This document shows, in pieces, positions 25,371 to 37,215 of a stretch of 64,000 bases of DNA. Both the position numbers and the translations under genes were made by a program. The stretch is from NCBI RefSeq assembly GCF_016432865.1, contig NC_067398.1, positions 13,578,001 to 13,642,000 on the forward strand. Direction: 5' to 3'. How positions within the stretch are numbered: the stretch's first letter is position 1; each line of letters opens with the position of its first letter. The notes under the pieces were generated by a model, which saw only the letters and a list, made by a program, of their open reading frames with translations, made no database searches and had not been told where the DNA came from. This DNA comes from Antechinus flavipes. Taxonomy: Eukaryota.

Positions 25371-26065
25371 AGACCGGGCGAGGGGGGACGGCGGGCGTGT
25401 GGTTTGGCTTCCAGCAGCCCTGTAGTAACCTCCTTCCTTGCAAAGCCGGCTCCCCCTTAGTGAGTGCTCTGTTCAGAAGTGTGCCCGGGGACAGCGGGAG
25501 GCCAGGCGGCCCCCGCTCGCCATGTCCCGGGCCGCCCCCGGGCCGCAGAGACTCCACCTGGTGAGCGGAGAAGGTAGGAAGCGGGCTCTTTGTGTCTTTA
25601 AAACCGCTTTTGCCCGGCCGAGGTCTCCCAGGGAGACGGCGAGCCAGCCCCGGACAGTATTACTCTGGTTTTCCTTCGGGCGTGCACACGTGCCTCCTGG
25701 ATGTGTTTGGGGGCTTAGGACGGACCCCGCCCGGTGGAGGATGGAGGCCGGGGCTGCGGGCCGGGGGGCGGCGTTTGCTTCTGGGAGCCCCGGGATAAGT
25801 GCCAAGGCTAGTCAGAGGAATGGAGGGTGTCCCAACGTGGCCAGCGGATCCGTTTGGGGTTTCGTCGTTAACTTCTGAACCAAACCTAGAGCCAGCTACT
25901 ATTAACTTAGTTACTACTCTGAGAACTAGAACGATGCTATAGGAACAATCCACGGAGGCTCCTCGACACAGTCGTGTACGGTCAATGACAAAAGATGTAA
26001 AATATTCAGCCGTTCCCCCTTTTTTTGACTTTGTATTTTACTGCACGTTCCCCTTATTTTTAATC

Positions 26066-26071
26066 AATAAA
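26066..26071 (+). terminator. Probable distal OXSR1 poly(A) signal
   Basis: AATAAA ends an AU-rich block (TTGTATTTTA, TTATTTTTAAT upstream) and is followed by GT-rich sequence. Proximal AATAAA hexamers occur at 24871 and 24969. Confidence 0.6.
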
Positions 26072-27207
26072 GAACAAATTGTCCGTGGCCGTGGCTGGCG
26101 TCCCTTATTATGGCAGCGTGCCTCTTCTCTGGCCTGTGTCCGTCTCGGCGGGCTCCCTACTGGGCTGAAGGGTCCGGCTCGTGGTCGCCCCCGGGGGGAT
26201 GGGGGGGACTGCTCCTGTCCGCCCAAAGGGGGGTTAAGTGACTTTCCCAGGGTCTCAGGGCCCGGAAGTGTTGGTGTCTGAGGCCCTCCTGACCGTCCAC
26301 CGCGCGCCCGGCTGCGTGGTTTGGCCGGAATTCTCTCACTCACATGAGGCGGCTGCATCGGGAGGCTCAGGACTCGCGTCCTCTGGCTCCCTGGGGGGCT
26401 CTGGCCGGGGGCCGCCCCCGTCTGGGCCTGGTTTCCTTCCCGCTCTCGGGCCAGGATCCCAGCACCGATGGCCGTAAGGCGGGCGGGAGTCCGGAGCGTC
26501 TCGGGCCTGAGGAAACAAAGCTCAGACCTGGGTCCCCCCTCTGGCCGTGGGGGAAGGCTTTGGACGGCCCGGCCGGCGGCTCCCTCAGCTGGGGCGGCTC
26601 CCTGTCCTCCGAGGGCCCCCCTGCGCCCAGCCCGCGCACCTCGGGATGCCTCGGAGCCCTCTCCCGGGCCGGGCGGCCTCTGAAAGGGGACTTTGGCCTC
26701 CGTCCCTTTGGCCCGGGGAGGCGCTCGTGCTTCAGGCACGGAGAAGGCCGAGAAGCATCAGCGCCCAGGAGCGCCGGCCCGGGATTAGGCCCAAGGGCTC
26801 CGTGACCTGGACAGTGAGCCGAGTTTGCTTTCCAGATAATGAGATTATAAACAGCCACTTGTGTTGGGGAGGTGGGTGAGATCACACACAGGGACCGACT
26901 TCCTGGTGAGCCGAAGGCCAGAGTCTAAAGTCACAGCTCCGAGGCTCGCCGGCTCTGGGCAGCAGCCGCGTCGGGAGCCCTCAGCCTGCCCCCGGGCTCT
27001 CCGGGAGCTTCGGGCAGCGAGCTCCCCTCGGGCCCCCCGGGACGGCTGGGTGCTGCGTTGGGGACCGAAGGGTCTGCGTCCCTCCCTCCCTCCCAGGCTG
27101 GCCCTCGTGGGGCCCCGAGTCGCTTCTCCCCTCCCGGCTCGACCCCCTCGCTCGGGTCCCCTTCCCTGGCCGAGGTCCACTGAGGCCACCGGTTTTACGA
27201 GTGGGCG

Positions 27208-27244
27208 CTGATAAGGCTCCACGCAGGGCAGATTAAACATTAAA
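27208..27244 (+). promoter_or_regulatory. Candidate SLC22A13 proximal promoter: GATA site and HNF1-like site
   Basis: CTGATAAG at ~27208 and ATTAAACATTAAA at 27232-27244 (reverse TTTAATGTTTAAT fits TTAATNWTTAAY). An AT-rich island 80-115 bp upstream of the ATG. Confidence 0.5.
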
Positions 27245-27323
27245 TGCAGCCGCGGCTGCCAGCGTGAGTCCCCGGGCCGGGCCCCAGAGCGTCTGCTGCC
27301 GCGGGGCCCGGAGCACAGAGACC

Positions 27324-27707
27324 ATGGCTGCCGACTTTGCCCAGGTGCTGGCGGAGATCGGGGGCTTCGGGCCCTTCCAGGTCCGGCTGCTCGTGCTGCT
27401 CTCCATCCCCAACTTCCTGTCGGCCTACTACATGTTCGCGCAGGTCTTCATGGTGCTGGACGAGCCCCACCACTGCGCCCCTCCTCGCTGGGTGCAGAAC
27501 TTGGGGCCCAACCTGACCGCCGAGGAGACGCGGAACCTCAGCCTGCCCCGCACCGAGGCCGGGGACTGGGAGTCCTGCCTCACGTACGCGCCGCCCCCCG
27601 AAGGCTGGAGCCTCGAGGACATCTACCGCTACGGCCTCAACGACACCCAGCCCTGCCAGGGGGGCTGGGAGTACCCGGAGAAGCGCCCACTGTCGCTGGA
27701 GAACGAG
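27324..27707 (+). CDS. SLC22A13: SLC22A13 exon 1
   Basis: Kozak ACCATGG; MAADFAQVLAEIGGFGPFQ...GWEYPEKRPLSLENE|gtaggg. Confidence 0.97.
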
Positions 27708-30700
27708 GTAGGGGCCCCGCGTCCGTGCGTCCGTGCGTCTGCCCCCCCCCTCACCGCCCGGGCTTTCCTCTGGGGGGGGTCACCGAGGGGCTCTGGATTC
27801 TGTGCCTCCGGGGGTCGCTTTCAGCAGGCGTGGAAGCCCCTTCACGTGGGATAGTTTGGGTCGGAGGGCTCACCGAGGCTCGCCCTACAGGGGCATCTGC
27901 GCTGACCCCTCGGGCCCTTCCTGGGGGGAGTGGCCGTGGGTCCGGTGACCCAGAGCCTTGGGTGGGCTCCGGTCAGTTTGGGGGGCAGGTCCCGGATCTT
28001 CCCTCTCCCCCTGGCCCTTCCCTGTTCACTGATCAGCCCTCGTGGGAGCACTGCCTCCCCGTCCCCCCATTTCTGTACTTGGCTCCCACTGTCCTGGTTT
28101 CCCCCCCCCAGAGGCAGGGGCCTCTGTTCTCCTGTGACTGTGGGTCCCTCTTAGAATGAGAACCGTTCTCTGTGCGCCCAGAGGCTTAGAACCCGAGACC
28201 CCACTTGAGAGGTGCTTTAGAACAGAGCCTCTTTAATCGCCCCCGCCCAGGCGGGATGCTGCCCTCTGCGCGTGTACCCCTCCCTGTGCCCCGGCTCCGT
28301 GCCTCGGACGCTGCAGAGGAGGGGTCCTGGGGCGGGGGGTGCATTCCCAGATTAACCATTCACCAGGGTCCATAGGTCCGTCCGACGCTGGTGCTTTCTG
28401 TCTGTCCCCAGCCTTGACTGTGTGTGGCTGGGGGTCTGGGGGGGTGCCTGGGAGCCCTTTCTCTCTCCCCCGGGACACGCTGAGGTTAGGGCACTCAGGA
28501 TTTTCCCTTTGAGTGGCCTGAGTTCCGTGGTCGTGGCCAGTGGTCAAGCCAGGAAGGCAGCCAAGCCAGGGGGTGTCCCTGGGATCCTCCCGGGAGCCCG
28601 ACAGCTCCTCAGCCTGGATCTAGGACAGGAGGGACCGCATCCATCCCGTCCAGGAGAGCAGGGCCACGCGGGAGGAGCCGGCACTGACGGGTCACGGGGG
28701 CGCCGTTCCCGGCCGCCTCCCTGACTCCCGTTCCCAGCCACCTCCCTGACTCCCAAGCCCCCTGTCCCGGAGGAGAGGGACCGGGCTCGAGGATTGTGAC
28801 TGTGTCCCTTCCCCGAGCTCAGGGGCAGCAGCTGCTGGAAGGCTGGCTGCGGCTCCTGGCCCTCCGGGCCCCGGCTCCCTTCCCCGTGTCCTGCGGCGGC
28901 CGGCTGGCTCGGGGCCCGGCCAGCAGGGAAAGCCTGCACACGGAAAGTGGGTGACCCTCCGCTGCTCTCAGTTTCCTTGGCTGTGAAGTGGGGAGCAGGG
29001 CAGCATGTGCCCGCGGGGTTGCTGTGGGGGTCAGTGAGGTCCTGTTTGTAAAGGAGAAGCCCTTGGCAGTCATTGCCACTGAGTAGTGGAGAACGTTCCT
29101 GAGGCCGAGGAGCCCCAGCCCAAGCAGGGAGCCGCCCTTGGAGCACGCTCAGAGGGCCCGGGGCCCAATCCCAGCCCTGCCACTGGCCGCCCGTGTGACC
29201 TCAGGTTGGTCACACTATTTTCTGGGGCCTCTTCCTAATCTGGAAATTGAAGGCTTAACTAGACAGCTCTGAGAGCCCGCCGGCCACAGCCGCCCACTTT
29301 GGGGACGAGAACGGTCCTTGGAAGTGATTTAACTCAGATCTGCCCACCAGGGACCCCAGTGTGGCCCTGCTTGGCCCCAGAAGACCTGGCTTTTGCCCTT
29401 GCTCGTGTTCCAGTCACTTAATGATGGCCGACGGCATCCCGGATACCGAGGAGGGTAGCTGGGAGGCGCTGGGGGAGAGCGTGTTCTGTTTAGGAAGGGC
29501 GGGTCTCCGACATCTACGGATTCAGAATGTCGGGGAGGCGGTCAGCGGTGATCAGAGACGGGTCAGGCACGTGAGCGGGGCGCGACGGTGTAGAGAGAAG
29601 AGCCGCTGTGGCCCACTCGCATCAGGAGCACAGAGAGAAGGACCAAGGACAGAGGCTTTGGGGACACGGTTGGGGAGAGACCGAGGTCCAGAAAGGCTGG
29701 ACAGCCTGACAAATCAGGAAATGAGCTCCCGTTCCAGTTCCGCCACTTACTTTGCGTGTGTCCTTGGACCAGTCCTCCTCCCTGGGCCTCAGTTTCCTGC
29801 TCTGTAAAAAGGGTGTACAGATAGCAGGGAAGACATCACAGAGAGGGAGGAACCATATTTGGTGCCCCCCTCGTGGACTCCATTTTCTCTTCTTAGCCTC
29901 CTGCTCTCTGGGGTGTGTTGGGTAAGAGATGGAAGACGCATCCTTTCCTCCGCTTCAGCTGTAGGGGAAGCTGCCTTTCCCCCGCATCTCTCCCCCCCCC
30001 CCCCCGCCCCAGAATCGCAGCAGCAGCCGAGGGCTACAAAGGAGCCATGAAAGGGATCCTCATTATAACTCCCCAATAGGGGGTCGCCCATTGGTACCGA
30101 TAACAGTCTTGAGCCAACTTGTCTCCCCAATGATCTCGCCATTTTTCCTCTTCAGTCTCCCCTGTTTTTCCCCTTGTTCCCTGTTGCCTATAATTGCTTT
30201 CCCATCATCCTCAGGAGCTTCCACTCGATCCAACTATCCCCTCAACCTTGATCATCCTTTATCTTTCCCTCCCTTTCTCAAACTCATCAAAAAAGGTTCC
30301 CCATTGCCATCTTTTCCTCATTTCACATTCGCTTTTCAAACCCCGGCCCGTCTAGGCTTAGAGCTCCTCACTCAACTGAAACTCTTCTCTGAAAAGTCAC
30401 CGGGGATTTCTTAACAGATCCGGGGGTCTCTTTTCTCAGTCCTCTTCCTTCCGGACTACAACCTGCGGCACTGTTGACCAGCTCATCCTCCCCCTGATTC
30501 CTTTCCCAGTTCCTCCAGATTCGGTGCTGATTCCTTCCCCCGGGGGATAAAGCTTGGGTTGTCCCGGTTGCACTCCCCCCTCCCTCCAGCGTGGGTAAAC
30601 AAGGCAGAGCGGTTTCTTGGCGAGGTCAGGGGCCTCTCAGACACATCCGACTGATTAGGCTTTTTGGCCAAGGGTTAAGATGAGAGGTTCTCTTCGGTCT

Positions 30701-33101
30701 AGTTTTTTCATGTCTCTAAGATATATTTTCCATTAACTCTCTGTGGCTTTGATCTCCTTCCAGAAGCTCTGCGGCAAAGCCACTGGGACTAGATGACTTA
30801 TTGGGCCTCATGCTCCCTGTTAGTGACGGGGCCCCTGTGTACTGATGTGTGAACAGGTGACCACGAGGCCTAGGGAGCCTGGATGAGACCAGAAGAGATC
30901 AAAAGAAAGAAAGAGCCCAGGGTGAGATCCCGGGGAAGGAGAGATGAGTGTCCTCCAATAGAAATGGAGAAGAGATCAGTGAGAGTCCAGAACCAGGAGA
31001 GACGAGAAGACGGAGGCTGCGGCTGATGAGCCACCCAAAGTGGGCCAGGGAGTGACCGGGGGAGGGCTTATTCTAAAGACAGAAGTTGTGCCAGAAAAGC
31101 TCACTTTAGCCCAGTAGGAAAAGGAGAAATCAAGCAGAGCTAGAACCCCAGAGTTCTAGTCCGAGAGTTGGCTGAACAGGGGAGCTAAGCTAGGGGGCCA
31201 CGGATCCCCAGGATGTCTAAGTGATTCTTATTTGCTGTGCCAGGCAAAGTTGAGTGTCAGAAAAGCTGCTTGAAAATAAATTGGAATTAGAAATGAATAA
31301 GATCTATTTAGGCCTGGAAGGAGCTGCAGAGATCAGCTGGTCCAGCCCCCTCATTTTGCAGATGGGAAAACCGGGGCCGAACGAGATTGAATTCCCTGAC
31401 TTGTATTTGTATAAATTGGACTCAGTTCTTCCTATATTTTAGAAAAGAGACCTCTAGCAGAAACACTGGCTGTATTAAAAAAAACTTTTCCAGCTTTCTG
31501 CTTCCCTTCTAATCTTGGCTGTGTTGCTTTTGTTTGTGTGAAAACTTTAAATTTAGTGTAATTGAAGTTGTCCGTTTTGCACTTCAAAATGTTCTTCTTT
31601 GGCCATAAATTTCTCCCTTCTCCAAAGATCTGAGAGCTAGGTTATCCCTTGCTGTCCTGATTTGATTACATATATCGCTCTTTAGGCTGAAATCATGTCC
31701 CCATTTTGACCTTCCGGAATAGGGTGTAAGATGTAGGTCTATGCCCGGTTTGCGACCTACTGGTTGCCTGAAAGTCCTTTCACGGGACTCTGATCCAACC
31801 CCCTCCTAAGTGACAACATCTGAAGCCAGGTGCTCTGACTCCCAGTCCCATGCAGCTAGATGCTACAGTGAAGAGAGCACTGGCTCTGGAAGCAGGAAGA
31901 CCTGCCTGAAAATCCCGCCTTGGATACTCACACCCGGGCAGGTAACACTGCCCGCCTCCGTTAACTCAGCTTTTAATGTGCGTCAGATCATGAAAACACA
32001 CATCTCGGGGGGCTGTCGGGAAGCTCGGGTGAGACAATCTTTGTACAGCACATAGTAGGTGCTTAAGTTTCTTTCCTTCCTTCCTCTTTCCAGTGGACTA
32101 CATCCCTCTGCCTCGCCTCAGTTTCTGCTCACTTGTCCATAAAACTTGCCGCTGGTTGTTTCTCACTGTTGCAACTGATTTTTCTACCTTAAACAGTTCT
32201 CTGATCTGGAGCTGTAAACACTCATTCTGAGGGTCTTGTTTAGGGACCACTTAGCCGATGTCAGGACCATTGCCATAGAGAGAACTCCCCGTTTGGTATC
32301 GGAAGATCTTAAGTTCCAATTCTGCCTTAGCAACTGGAAGGAAACCTGAGGGCCACGTGTTGACTTGAACATCACATGTTCTTGTGTTTTATTGCTTTTG
32401 TACTTATTTATCTCCCTGTCAATTTTAATCTGGTTGGAACTGCTCCCAGGAACGTTGTGGCTACGTATGGCCCAGGGATCTTTGTTCTACAAGATACCTT
32501 TCTGGCCCCCTCATCTCTGTCGATTTTTTCCAATCTGTCCTGTCTATCTCTTGTTTTTTTTAATAGTTCTTTTCACCTTGTCGTCCCATTAAATGGGAGC
32601 TCCTTCAGGACAGGAAATATCTTTTGCTTTTCTTTGTATCCCCCATTGTTTAGCACAGTACTTGGCACACAGTAGGCACTTAATAAATGTTTGTTGACTA
32701 CCAGATGAGCTCTAAAGCTAAATATAGCTTTGAGGAGATGTTTTCTCTCTGCACCTTGACATTTACTTTCAGCAGGAGAGATAAGATGCTCATTGCTTAT
32801 CTTAACAAGGGCAGGAAGGAGCTGATAATCTGATCGGGAGGAAAGCAGATACTGTTGGAGAAAACAGCCACAGAGTTGGTAGCCACGGGGCCAAGGAGTG
32901 ACACAGTGAGACAACTCCGTCTCTGCCAGGTCCCAAAGTCCAGATTATTCCTGCTTCCAGGCCTTCCCAGTCTAGTATCTTTAGAAAACCATAAATTTAC
33001 TAAGGAGACTGAATGTAAATCAATATATCCTGTGCTCACTTCTTTTTTCTCTCCCATGGTTTTCCCTTTTGCTCTGATTTTTCTCTCCCAATGTGACTCA
33101 T

Positions 33102-33231
33102 NNNNNNNNNNNNNNNNNNNNNNNNNNNNNNNNNNNNNNNNNNNNNNNNNNNNNNNNNNNNNNNNNNNNNNNNNNNNNNNNNNNNNNNNNNNNNNNNNNN
33201 NNNNNNNNNNNNNNNNNNNNNNNNNNNNNNN
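33102..33231. other. Assembly gap (130 N)
   Basis: N run. Confidence 1.
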
Positions 33232-33644
33232 CCATAGACATTGTCTTAGGATTGTAAATCAAGAGCCAGAAGAATACTTAGAGGTCATTGATTTTATAGA
33301 GGAGAAGATGAGACCCAAGGAGGATGAATGAACCCAGCTTTTTTTACATTCTGAAAAAAGATATCTCCATGGCTTGATGTGGATGATTCCTAAAACTAAA
33401 TGTAAACGGGGAAGAGAGAGATTGGACTGTCTGGTGTTGCTCGTGTAGGTTATGTGGACATAACATGGAGCTGTCTAGATATAGCTCACAGAGGCAAGAA
33501 TAAACAGCTCTAGAGTCTCCTCTCCCACCCTTCTTCAAGGGAGTCTTTCATTCCTGCCAGGGGGTGGAGAACCGAAGCTGGTCACTCTGCTCTCCTCAGA
33601 GAGAGGAGGTTCTGAGCTAGAATTCTAGCTGTCTGCACCTTTAA

Positions 33645-33832
33645 NNNNNNNNNNNNNNNNNNNNNNNNNNNNNNNNNNNNNNNNNNNNNNNNNNNNNNNN
33701 NNNNNNNNNNNNNNNNNNNNNNNNNNNNNNNNNNNNNNNNNNNNNNNNNNNNNNNNNNNNNNNNNNNNNNNNNNNNNNNNNNNNNNNNNNNNNNNNNNNN
33801 NNNNNNNNNNNNNNNNNNNNNNNNNNNNNNNN
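33645..33832. other. Assembly gap (188 N)
   Basis: N run. Confidence 1.
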
Positions 33833-33950
33833 TGATTTGCCCAGGATCACGCAGCCAGAAAGTGTCAAGTGTCTGAGACCAGATTTGAATTCAGGTCCTC
33901 CTGACTTCAGGGCCAGTGCTCTATCCACTGTATCCCCTAGCTGCCCCAGG
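33833..33950 (-). mobile_element. WSINE1-type SINE (truncated by assembly gap)
   Basis: Reverse of GGGGCAGCTAGGGGATACAGTGGATAGAGCACTGGCCCTGAAGTCAGGAGGACCTGAATTCAAATC. Confidence 0.85.
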
Positions 33951-35060
33951 GAAATCATTTTGAAATTCAACCTGTATTCCTGATCACTCTCCCAAGCTAG
34001 ATGCCCCAAACTAGGTTTCCTTCCCACCAAATGCCAGTTCCACAATAAACACATAGTAAATAAACTCATTTATCCAAGTTGACAGCAAAAGTAAAATCAG
34101 AAGAAATCGACTAGAAGAATACATCCCAGACAATAGTGAGTGAGTGAACTCTCCCATTGGGAATGAGGTTACACTTCAACAAAGACAAAGAGTCCCAAAT
34201 CTCACCCAAAGGGGAAGTTTCTCAAAAGTGGTTAGTGTAACGAGCTGGGGATACGGACACGGTCCAGGCGGCAGCTTCTCTCGTGTTGGCTTCTTCCTCG
34301 AGTTGTCTGTTTCCTTTGGGGGACCTGAAGGGAGTCCACAACCATGTTTTGAAGCTGAAAGCAGGATTTCTAATCTTAATAGAACTGCATTTCCTCATCT
34401 GTAACAGCTAAGGGTTACACCGGTGATTGAGGTCCCTTTTAACGCTAAGGCAGCCAAGTAGCCCAGTGGATAGAGCACTGGGTCCGGAATCTAGCTTCAG
34501 ACACTTACTAGTGTGACCCCATTAAGTCACTTTACTTCTGTGCCTCAGTTTCCTCTGTTGTAAAATGACAATGCTTGCTGAGCCCTGTTCTTGTACGCTT
34601 GACATTTTTAATCCTACCAGGTCACTTGCCTATGTCATAGAAATAAATCATGTTTGAGATAACAGGAAAAAACTCTACAGACTGGCCTCCTGGAGAAAGT
34701 GGCCATCAGAGGGTACGTCCGTACGTCTCAGGGTGGTTGTGAAGCGCGAATAAAATAATATTTGCTAAATATGGAGTGCAGTGCCTAGCACCTAGTAGAT
34801 AGTTAACAAATGCTTCTTACTGAGTCTATGAATTGTTGCAAAATGAATTCCACAGAGCCAAGAGAATTATACAGACAATGGCTAAGATGATGTCAATTGA
34901 AAAAACAATGAAACAAGCCAAAACCGAACGTTCTGTGATCATTATCTCCGAGCTTGGTATTTAAGAAGGGATGACAACATTCACCCCTTGGCTTTTTTTT
35001 TTTTTTTGTAGAGTTGAGAGACACTGTAAATATTGCCCCGTAGTTAGTTTTGCCAGATAT

Positions 35061-35061
<1 letters not shown>

Positions 35062-35101
<40 letters not shown>

Positions 35102-35121
35102 TACACACACATACATACACA
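35062..35121 (+). repeat. (CA)n microsatellite
   Basis: Direct inspection. Confidence 0.95.
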
Positions 35122-35417
35122 CTTTCTTTTTTATTCTTTAGTATGAGGGACATCTTTGCTGGGCAGGCGAATGAGAAGATTTGATAGAAAGACAAAAGCC
35201 ATCTGATTTTTATAAGATGGCGCGCCAAGATGTAGCCCCAGGGGCTCTCCCTCCTTCGTTCCCTTCACACCACTTGCAGATGGTAAGGAGAGTTTAGCCA
35301 TTAGGTCAGGGGAAAGGCAGCACAAAGTGCGAGGTGAGCACCTCTGCGGGCTCCTTACCTCATCTGCCACCCCAGGAGCTGGCAAGTTCTCACAGCAATC
35401 TCCATTGCTCCCTTCAG

Positions 35418-35521
35418 TTTGACCTGGTCTGTGACCGCGAGTATGAAAAGGAGACCTCCCAGTCCGTGTACATGGCTGGACTTCTGGTTGGGGCAATGAT
35501 CTTCGGCCCTCTCTGTGACAG
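35418..35521 (+). CDS. SLC22A13: SLC22A13 exon 2
   Basis: ttcag|TTTGAC...TGACAG|gtaaga; [34 protein letters not shown](R). Confidence 0.97.
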
Positions 35522-35657
35522 GTAAGAATCCCCCTTGCTCTCTCCCCTGTGTCTCCCTTAGGAGGGTTGGAGCCAGATCCTCTCTCAGACTCTCTCAGAC
35601 TGTGAGTCTCCCCGAGGCTCACAGCTGCCCCCGCCCCCATTTCTGTTGTCTCCTCAG

Positions 35658-35812
35658 GATTGGCCGCAGGCCCACCATCCTCATCTTGTTGCTCCTCCAT
35701 GCTGTGTTCGGCATCGGGACGGCCTTCGTCCCTGACTTCTACTTCTACATGGCTCTCCGGTTCGCCGTGGCCTCCGCGGTGGCCGGCTACGCCATCAGCA
35801 ACGTCACCTTGA
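35658..35812 (+). CDS. SLC22A13: SLC22A13 exon 3
   Basis: ctcag|GATTGG...CTTGA|gtgagt; IGRRPTILILLLLHAVFGIGTAFVPDFYFYMALRFAVASAVAGYAISNVTL. Confidence 0.97.
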
Positions 35813-36643
35813 GTGAGTGTCCTGCACGGGTCCCCGACACCTCCGAGAACTGACCTCCCCACGCCTGGGGATCCCTGTGGATGAACTGCGGCTCCGCCCT
35901 GAACATTCAAATCTCCAAAGCTGTTATAAGCATTTAAGGAGGGAGGGTATTCAAGCAGTATTTAACCTGGAGATAGTCAGCTATGGCTTCTCCATCTTTT
36001 ATTTGCTATAGATCTAGGATACTAGTGATTAGCAGTAGGAAATTCAAAGGTCAGCAGAAGCAGAGGGAAAAACATGCTCCATGTGATGTCTAACATAGAA
36101 AACCCTAGTGATCAGCAAAGAAACCAAAAGCTTCAATAAGTTACCCTAGTGGTAACAGCAGAGATTAGCTTAATCCCATCATCTTTTGCCCAGCAATGAA
36201 GCCGGGGAAGCGCCCTCAGACATACGTACCCTCTGATAGCTACTTTCTTCAGGAAGCCCTCTGGTCTGTCGGGTTTTTTCTGTTATAACCTCTGACATAG
36301 GCAAGTGACCTGGTAGGTCAAGCACGCGGGAACAGGACTCAGGAAACCTTCATTCTTGTGCTGACTCTGTTCTAAGTGGGCCCATAAGTGCTTATCATGC
36401 TCCTGGCCCTGTGCTGAGCATCAACAATACAGACAAGAGTCCCTACCCTGAGAGGGAGGTCTGAGGCAGCCGGCAGTGGACAAGCAGGGTCTGTCCAAGG
36501 CCGAATCTTTAAAGACCATAAGTGAAAGGGTGAAAGGGAGCCCTTTGTGTCCCCCCAGTGTTGCCCCCGAGCAGGAGGCTGTCCTGGGTCTCTCCCACTC
36601 ATTTCCACCTGCACATTCACCCCTCTCTCTCTCTCCTCCCCAG

Positions 36644-36812
36644 CCACAGAGTGGGTCAGTGCTTCCAAGCGGACCCTGGCCGTGGTCCTCTCCCAGTGTT
36701 GCTTCTCATTGGGCCAGATAGCCTTGGCCGGCCTGGCCTATGGAATCCGCAACTGGAGGCTGTTCCAGATTGTGGGCACCTCCCCCATCTTATTGCTGTT
36801 CTTCTATTGGTG
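36644..36812 (+). CDS. SLC22A13: SLC22A13 exon 4
   Basis: cccag|CCACAG...TGGTG|gtgagt; [55 protein letters not shown]. Confidence 0.97.
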
Positions 36813-36995
36813 GTGAGTATGGGCGGGGCAAGTGATCCCAGGACTCCCCTACCCCCACTGGAGGGGGGCCGTCTCAGTTCCAGACCCTATATCAGCTCCT
36901 CTCTCCCTCCCCTGCCCCCGGGATCCTCCCCTCCCCCCTTTTCTTCCTCTTCCTATAACCTTCAATCACACCTTTAGACTCAGGTATATGCAGTC

Positions 36996-37215
36996 AGGAG
37001 CAGCTAGATGGCGCCACAGAGGATAGGGGCTCATCTTTCTGAGTTTAAATCTGACCTTGGACACTTGCTGTGCGACCCTGAGCAAGTCATTGAACTTGTG
37101 TGCCTCAGTTTCCTCATCTGTAAAAATAAGCTGGAGAAGGAACTGGACCCACTCCAGGCTCTCTGCCCAGAAAACCCCAAGGGGCTCCCAAAGGGTCTAT
37201 GTGACCTATCGGAAA
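36996..37215 (+). mobile_element. MAR1/MIR-family SINE
   Basis: tRNA-like head (gcagctagatggcg...gagtttaaatctg), CORE (tgcctcagtttcctcatctgtaaaa), MAR1-type tail (gctggagaagga...ctctgcccagaaaacccca). Confidence 0.75.

Larger units (their letters stand above)
9646..26071 (+). other. OXSR1: OXSR1 gene, 3' portion (8 coding exons plus 3'UTR; kinase-domain exons lie upstream of the window)
   Basis: Eight AG/GT-bounded exons (123+36+159+68+53+69+65+75=648 nt) splice in frame to [25 protein letters not shown]...KLIGFAQLSIS*, matching the OSR1 C-terminal regulatory region and CCT/PF2 domain. OXSR1-SLC22A13 adjacency matches known synteny. Confidence 0.97.
22600..29600. promoter_or_regulatory. Large CpG island spanning the OXSR1 3' end, intergenic region, and SLC22A13 exon 1 to proximal intron 1
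   Basis: Visibly very high G+C and dense CpG relative to the AT-rich flanks. Boundaries estimated by eye. Confidence 0.85.

Noticed and set aside
23981-26885. Many long ORFs (up to 296 aa) on both strands in the OXSR1 3'UTR and intergenic region
   Set aside because: Pro/Gly/Arg/Ala-rich, overlapping in several frames, with no recognisable domain. Expected from stop-codon scarcity in a CpG island.
27244-27323. 7-codon uORF (27244-27267) and GTG-initiated N-terminal extension (27264)
   Set aside because: The uORF ATG overlaps the putative HNF1 site and is probably upstream of the TSS. The ATG at 27324 has a strong Kozak context and matches the ortholog start.
35131-35910. 259-aa minus-strand ORF
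   Set aside because: Antisense shadow of GC-rich SLC22A13 exons 2-3; no family similarity
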